38,335 nt of DNA from an uncultured Nitrososphaerales archaeon (lineage in GTDB: Archaea; Thermoproteota; Nitrososphaeria; Nitrososphaerales; Nitrososphaeraceae): assembly GCA_963709405.1 (NCBI GenBank), contig CAVPXM010000018.1, positions 1 through 38,335 on the forward strand, written 5' to 3'. Within the stretch, counting starts at the first letter, position 1; each line of letters starts with the position of its first letter. The position numbers and the translations under genes are program-made. Under the pieces are notes generated by a model. It saw only the letters and a list, made by a program, of their open reading frames with translations, was not told the DNA's origin and ran no database searches. Below are positions 32,637 through 38,335 of the stretch, piece after piece.

Positions 32637-32936
32637 ATGAAAGTGAGAATCTTTTTCTGTAATGAGCCTGATCCAGAAATCATTCTAAGAACTGACAACC
32701 TTAGCAGACAGGCTTTAGATACAATTTATGATTTAGTCTGGGAATGCGAGTTTAAGAATATACTTAACGTGGGTAGAATATGGATAAAGTTTAGACAAGA
32801 AGAAAGACCATTTGGAATACCATTGAGGAAAAAGAGAAGTCATCATAAAATATCAATTGGCGACGTTATTCAACTTGCCAGTAATTTTTATATGGTCGAT
32901 CAGGTTGGCGCCAGACAAATTAGAATCATTGATTAA
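32637..32936 (+). CDS. YodL-like domain protein (tentative)
   Basis: C-terminal HKISIGDVIQL...YMVDQVG resembles the YodL-type 'HSLSVSDV...YYVD..G' pattern. Confidence 0.5.
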   Translation: MKVRIFFCNEPDPEIILRTDNLSRQALDTIYDLVWECEFKNILNVGRIWIKFRQEERPFGIPLRKKRSHHKISIGDVIQLASNFYMVDQVGARQIRIID

Positions 32937-33183
32937 GATCGCCATTAAATTTATCTATTTTATTATACGGTTCTAATATAGTGGACAATTATTAAGATAC
33001 CAGAATTAAATCATAAGAAACAAGATCCACTGTACCGAACTCAGTTAACGTAAAGATATTTTAAAGTGACGTACGAATTGGTTTTAAGTAATGCAATCTC
33101 TTTCTTTGTATGCATGTTTTTATCCTATTACCAAAGTTAAATCAAATTATATAGAATCGTACAAATAGGTAAAAAATGTAGTC

Positions 33184-34419
33184 TCATCCGAATGTAAATG
33201 TATACAACTGAAATCCTGTTCCTTCCACATTAATAATTATAGAATGTCACTCCATAGCTATCATGCAAAGCCAGATTATACAATCTCTGTCCGTCCAATA
33301 TGAATTTGCCATCTTTGTTTAAATCGGTACCAATTGACTTTGCTGAGATCTTTGCATTACCATCTTCAGTAACTATTCCAGTTTGACCTTTTCCTGACGC
33401 TACTATATTGATAGCCTTTGCATAATATGTTAGTATAATGCTTCCCCTATTACCTTGAAGTTCTATATTGTCACGATTGTTCTTCCATTGACCGTCTAAA
33501 TATACAATATTAGGCTGTAAGTTGGTATTTGAAGGTATAGTGTATGTTACAATTTGTTCTGGCTCAAAGTTTTGAGGGTTTCCTAGAGGAGATCTTGCAT
33601 AATTATATCCTAGATATATTTCAGGGGTAGTTTGCTTTGATAAATCTATGTATTGAAGACTCTTTGAATCGATTGTGGGGGCTGTTTTTGTGCTAAAGCT
33701 TATTTGTTTGAAACCATCAAGGGCGGCTACTTTCTGCGAGCAGAGATTGAATTGTCTTCTCCGTCTCAGCATAACCTCCTTCACCTATGTGATCTTCTCT
33801 TATGTATCCCTGTGCATCTATGAGGTAATGTCTTGGCCAATATTGGTTTCCATACGCATTCCACGTGCCAAGACTGTTATCTAACACAACAGGATACGTG
33901 ATTCCAAACTTTTGAACTGCCGTTTTTACGTTGTCATAAATCTTTTCAAATTCAAACTCTGGTGAATGTACTCCAATTACTACAAATCCTTGGTCAGCAT
34001 ATTTTGCGTACCAGTCATTTAGATAAGGCACCGTTCTAATACAATTGATACAACTATATGTCCAAAAATCTACTAATACTACTTTGCCCTTATAATCTGC
34101 AAGATGTATTGGTTGATTATTGTTAGGAGTGTTGATATAACCAGCGATCTGAGCCAGATCGGGCGCTTTTTGAAACTGCGATTTATCAATATTCGTAAAT
34201 TTACTTTTATCAAGAGTTATTGTTATCGTGTTTCCGCTCTTTGAGGTTGCTGCAGAAATGGTTTTCTCTATTTTTTGCTGCCTGCATTAAAGATGAGGAT
34301 TTGTTAAATGATGGATTGTTAAAATAGATAGCAAAACCCACGATTAAGGTCACAACAGCAACGGCCATTATCGCCGCACTAATGTTATCCTTATTTTTGA
34401 AAAAAGTCTGTTTTGTCAT
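33184..34419 (-). pseudogene. Membrane-anchored redoxin (DipZ C-terminal-like), frameshifted
   Basis: TM anchor, GKVVLVDFWTYSCINCIRT, IGVHSPEF, YWPRHYLID..G, GEGGY, TPEIYLGY, and tail FQLYTFTFG*. About three frameshifts. Confidence 0.85.
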
Positions 34420-34497
34420 ATTATTCTGAACTTCTCTCCAAATACACGTGCTGTAACCTATCTTTGATTGTGATCGATTGTATCCTCATCATCATCG

Positions 34498-35361
34498 TCA
34501 TCCCTCTAATTTAATTAACTGATCTGCAAGTGGTATATTGGATAGCAATGTCAATTGATTTGTAAATAGCAGGATGCCGACTATTATCAATATACTGCCC
34601 ATAACTAAATTAAAGTATTTCAAATGTTTTACCATTTTTCTGATTATTCCTGTAACTTGAGAGAAAAACGCTCCAGTAATTAAAAATGGTATTCCTAAAC
34701 CCATAGAATATGCTAATAATGAATTATATGCCGCTCCTGGTTGTGTGGCAGCTAATGCAAAAGTACTCCCTAATATAGGACCTACACATGGAGTCCATCC
34801 TGCTGCAAATGCAACTCCAAATACGAATGACGTGATATAGCTTGTCTTAAATCTAGGTAATTTGGTCATCTTCTTTTCAAAGTTTAGGTTTCTTAGTTTT
34901 GTTGAAAGTATTAGATATGCTCCAAATCCTACAATTACGACTCCTCCAATGAATGTTAATGAGTGCTGAAAACCATTGGCCCCAACAGTTGATACAAGTA
35001 CACTACTTTAGAATTACCCCTAGTACTGCAAATATCAAAGAAAAACCAAGGACGAAATAAACCGTATTAAGAAATATGTTAAGTCTGGTTCGTCTTCCAA
35101 GTGTTAGCGATGGTGATTTTACTGCACTACTCTTGGTAGTTGTTGCCGTAATTCTTGCGGTCCCTTCAATTCTATTTTCGTCAATATTTGCAATAGTAGG
35201 AGTAAGGTTATCGTTACCATTCGTTTCTAATCCTTTCACTTCATTAGCGGCTGAACCTGAGAGGTACGATATAAATCCAGGTAATATAGGAAGTATGCAT
35301 GGAGAGAGAAATGATGCTAAACCGGCACTACGGATACGATTATGTTTGCTTCATTTATCAT
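34498..35361 (-). pseudogene. ccdA: Cytochrome c biogenesis / disulfide transporter CcdA, frameshifted
   Basis: AGLASFLSPCILPILPGFISYLSG, FVLGFS..F, GWTPCVGPILG and YSMGLGIPF. Frameshifts near 35325 and 35003. Confidence 0.88.
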
Positions 35362-35795
35362 TTCTACTTATTAATCAACTCCTGATATGATGATCTTAAA
35401 CATAAAGAAACAACAACTGGCCTGATATCCATTGAAGTAAAATTAACTTTATTAATATTAATACTTATTTCCAATTTTGTTCCAAATCCCTTCCGGATGG
35501 TGATAGATCAAATTGCACAACATCCTATCAAAATTATAAAAATGATCTAGATGTTAGATAATATATCAATGACACAATAAGTGAATGAGAACAAAGTAAA
35601 ATACGGAGAAGATAATGAAAGTCCGGATCAGTTATTAAAACTCAATTTAAGTATTACAGGAGAATTTCTTGATGCGACATAGAAAATATTTCATTTCCAT
35701 TTACTTTTCTGCTTTTAATAATGAATAGGTCAAGGCAGTTGAAGATACAACAATAAACGAGATGAATATGACAAGAACTGAATCCAATAATCAGA

Positions 35796-36368
35796 TCACC
35801 TCCGTTGCAACTTACTTAAGAATTCTTGGTAATGCTCAGGGTACTGTTTCATCAATTCAAGATTCACTTCCAACACATTGACATATTGTGGAGCAAAGAA
35901 CAAACCATTGGTTATTTTATTTCTTTCTATATTAAGTTGAATCAATGTTTCTAGAACGTTTTGCGATATTCCAGTTGCTTTACTTACATTAGAAACTTGT
36001 GCAAAAGCGTTTTCAGGAGTAATATCCGGATCTACTGTTGACGCTGAATCTGCCGAAGGTCGTGAATGAAAGAATTTTGCAGATTTAAATTCTTGAGCAA
36101 TCAGTTTTGATCCTACAATTTTCCCATCTAGGGTAAGAAGGCTGCCAGTAGATTGGTATGGCAATGTATATTCTCCTATCAACACTAAGACAATGGGATA
36201 TGCTATACCAGCTATTAAGATCATTAATAGTACAACTCTTAGCGACGGCCGTATATTTTGAGCAAATAATTCTTTTAGTGAAGATCCAGTCGCAATTTGA
36301 GTTAGTAGGCGCTTAATCATACCACCATCATCTTTAGTACTTTTTGTCATATCGCTCACTAACCTCAT
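35796..36368 (-). CDS. kdpC: K+-transporting ATPase subunit C
   Basis: GIAYP, GSKLIAQEF...FHSRPSA, VDPDIT and VNVLEVN. Overlaps the kdpB stop (ATGA). Confidence 0.88.
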   Translation of the reverse strand: MRLVSDMTKSTKDDGGMIKRLLTQIATGSSLKELFAQNIRPSLRVVLLMILIAGIAYPIVLVLIGEYTLPYQSTGSLLTLDGKIVGSKLIAQEFKSAKFFHSRPSADSASTVDPDITPENAFAQVSNVSKATGISQNVLETLIQLNIERNKITNGLFFAPQYVNVLEVNLELMKQYPEHYQEFLSKLQRR

Positions 36369-38335
36369 CTCATAAACGTAGATAGAATCATATCAATTGC
36401 CTTTATGCCCACAAATGGTAAAGCAGCTTCCACCTAAACCATAAATTAACATATTTCTAATAAATGTCTTTTGTGGCGGTTCAGCTTTGAACTTGACTCC
36501 TCGTAATGATAATGGGATAAGAGCTGGTATGGTTATTGCATTAAATATCAGAGTTGAAAGTATTGCTGTTTCAGGACTGTGAAGATGCATTATATTTAGG
36601 ATTTGCAATTTGGGATTATTGCTCGCTCCAAACATAGCTGGAAGAATTGCAAAGTATTTGGCGGCATCATTAGCAATGCTAAATGTGGTAATGGCACCAC
36701 GTGTCATAAGCAGCTGTTTACCTAGTTTTACGACTTTCATTATATTGGAAGGGTCAGAGTCCAAGTCAACCATATTTGCAGACTTCTTTACCTGCCTGCG
36801 GTTCCACTATTCATTGCTAGTCCTACATCAGCTTTGGCAAGTGCCGGAGCATCATTCGTTCCATCCCCTACCATTCCAATAACATGTCCTTTCAATTGCT
36901 CTTGTTCAACTCTGATTAGTTTGTCTGTTGGTTTTGCCTCTGCTATTACTTCATCAACATCGGCTTCTTTGGCAATAACTTGAGCTGTCAATTGATTATC
37001 TCCTGTAATCATTACCGTAGTTATGCCAGTAGTACAAGCTTCATTTAGCTTTTCTCGTATATTCTCTTTTAAATTATCTTTAAGAACTACAAGACCAATT
37101 ACTTCATTATTTATAGACACAGCTAATGGTGTTGCACCATTCTTGGATACTTCTTGTGCTTTCCATTTTATTTCCGCCTGATTTACATTCGGTCCTGCTA
37201 AATCAATTATCATATCTATCGCACCTTTAAGAATCTTTACTTCGCTTTTTGTTTCTTCTAATTTTAGAAGCAGATCATGGACTCTACTTTTACTAGCACG
37301 ATCGACATCTCTTTCAATTTCTTCTATCGTTGGATTAACTGCTGCCTGTTCCGGCCTCGTCAGTGCTGCTAACAGTCTTACTACTACTACCACCTATAAA
37401 ACCTCTTGCTAATAATTTGAATTCTTCTTCTTGTTCCTTATTTAGTATTGCTTCTTTACTTGCAATAAATTCAATACCACTACATCTAGTTTCAGCTGTA
37501 AATTCAATAAATCTAGCTGGTATTACTTTCTCCAAAAGTGGTGGAACAAATTTCTTCTTTCTGCAGAATCGACTATTGACTTGCCTTCATGTGTAGTATC
37601 ATGAATAGATGCTGCAAAAGCTGCTTGTCCTACATCTTTTTCAGTGTATTCACTCATAGGTATGAATTCTACAGCACTTCTACTACCTTCTGTAATTGTT
37701 CCAGTTTTATCTAATATCAAAACATCACAATCTCCAGCAGCTTCGATTCCTTTGCCAGATTTTGCTACAATGCTGTCCCTTCCTAATCTCGTTATGCCTG
37801 CAACACCTATTGCTGGGAGTAAAGCTCCGATTGTTGTTGGCATCAGTGCGACCAATAGAGCTACCTGTGTAGCAATATCAGCCTTAAGTCCAAGAAAATC
37901 TGTAAAGAATAAAAGTGTTCCAATTACCATTATGAAAATTAAAGATAATCCTGCAAGTAACATAGATAAAGCAATTTCATTTTTGGTCTTTGGTCTTGTT
38001 GAACTCTGTATCAGACTAATCATCTCATCTAGAAAGCTTCTACCAGCCTCAGAGGTAATTTCTACCACTAACTTATCACTTGCTACTCTGGTCCCGCCTA
38101 TTACATGATTCCCTTCTTCTTTGAACACAGGATTTGATTCTCCTGTCATCATTGATTCGTCCACGAATGCTTTGCCATCATTTACAAGACCATCTCTCGG
38201 TATTATTTCACCAACATATACCATTACTTCGTCGCCTGGTTTAAGGCTAGTCGATGTTACCGTGACCTCTTTCTCATCATGTACCATCTTGTGTGCTGAT
38301 ACTTCTTTTTCTAAACTACGAAGCGAGTCCACTCT
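36365..38335 (-). pseudogene. kdpB: K+-transporting ATPase subunit B, 5' end outside the window, several indels
   Basis: [43 protein letters not shown] and [13 protein letters not shown]. Frame breaks at ~37555, ~37390, ~36790 and ~36420. Confidence 0.92.

Overview
AT-rich archaeal window, most consistent with a soil ammonia-oxidising archaeon (Nitrososphaeraceae-like; inferred from the archaeal class-I CCA enzyme, a TFB paralogue and the IS repertoire). A short intact core block (tfb, thpR-cca-Ser/Thr kinase, 7977-11750) sits in heavily IS-disrupted accessory DNA: one IS110, four IS5-family elements or remnants, three IS6 remnants and one apparently intact IS1595. Other genes include DUF899, a SagB/ThcOx-type nitroreductase, HtrA, a discoidin-domain protein, an SDR and a rhodanese. 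A decayed integrative-element-like tract (integrase tail, DinG/XPD-like helicase, DUF2130-like, YodL-like) spans about 21-33 kb. Frameshifted ccdA, redoxin and kdpB genes plus kdpC lie at the right end. The most interesting signal is in the non-coding left end of the IS110 (about 1132-1263). By hand it folds into a closed two-loop bridge-RNA-like structure. Its first loop matches both genomic flanks of the element (reconstructed target TCTGTTGA-AT-GCATGAT) and its second loop partly matches the element ends. This is a candidate archaeal bridge-RNA recombination system, although this recombinase copy is broken. All family calls come from motif recognition by eye; no searches were run.
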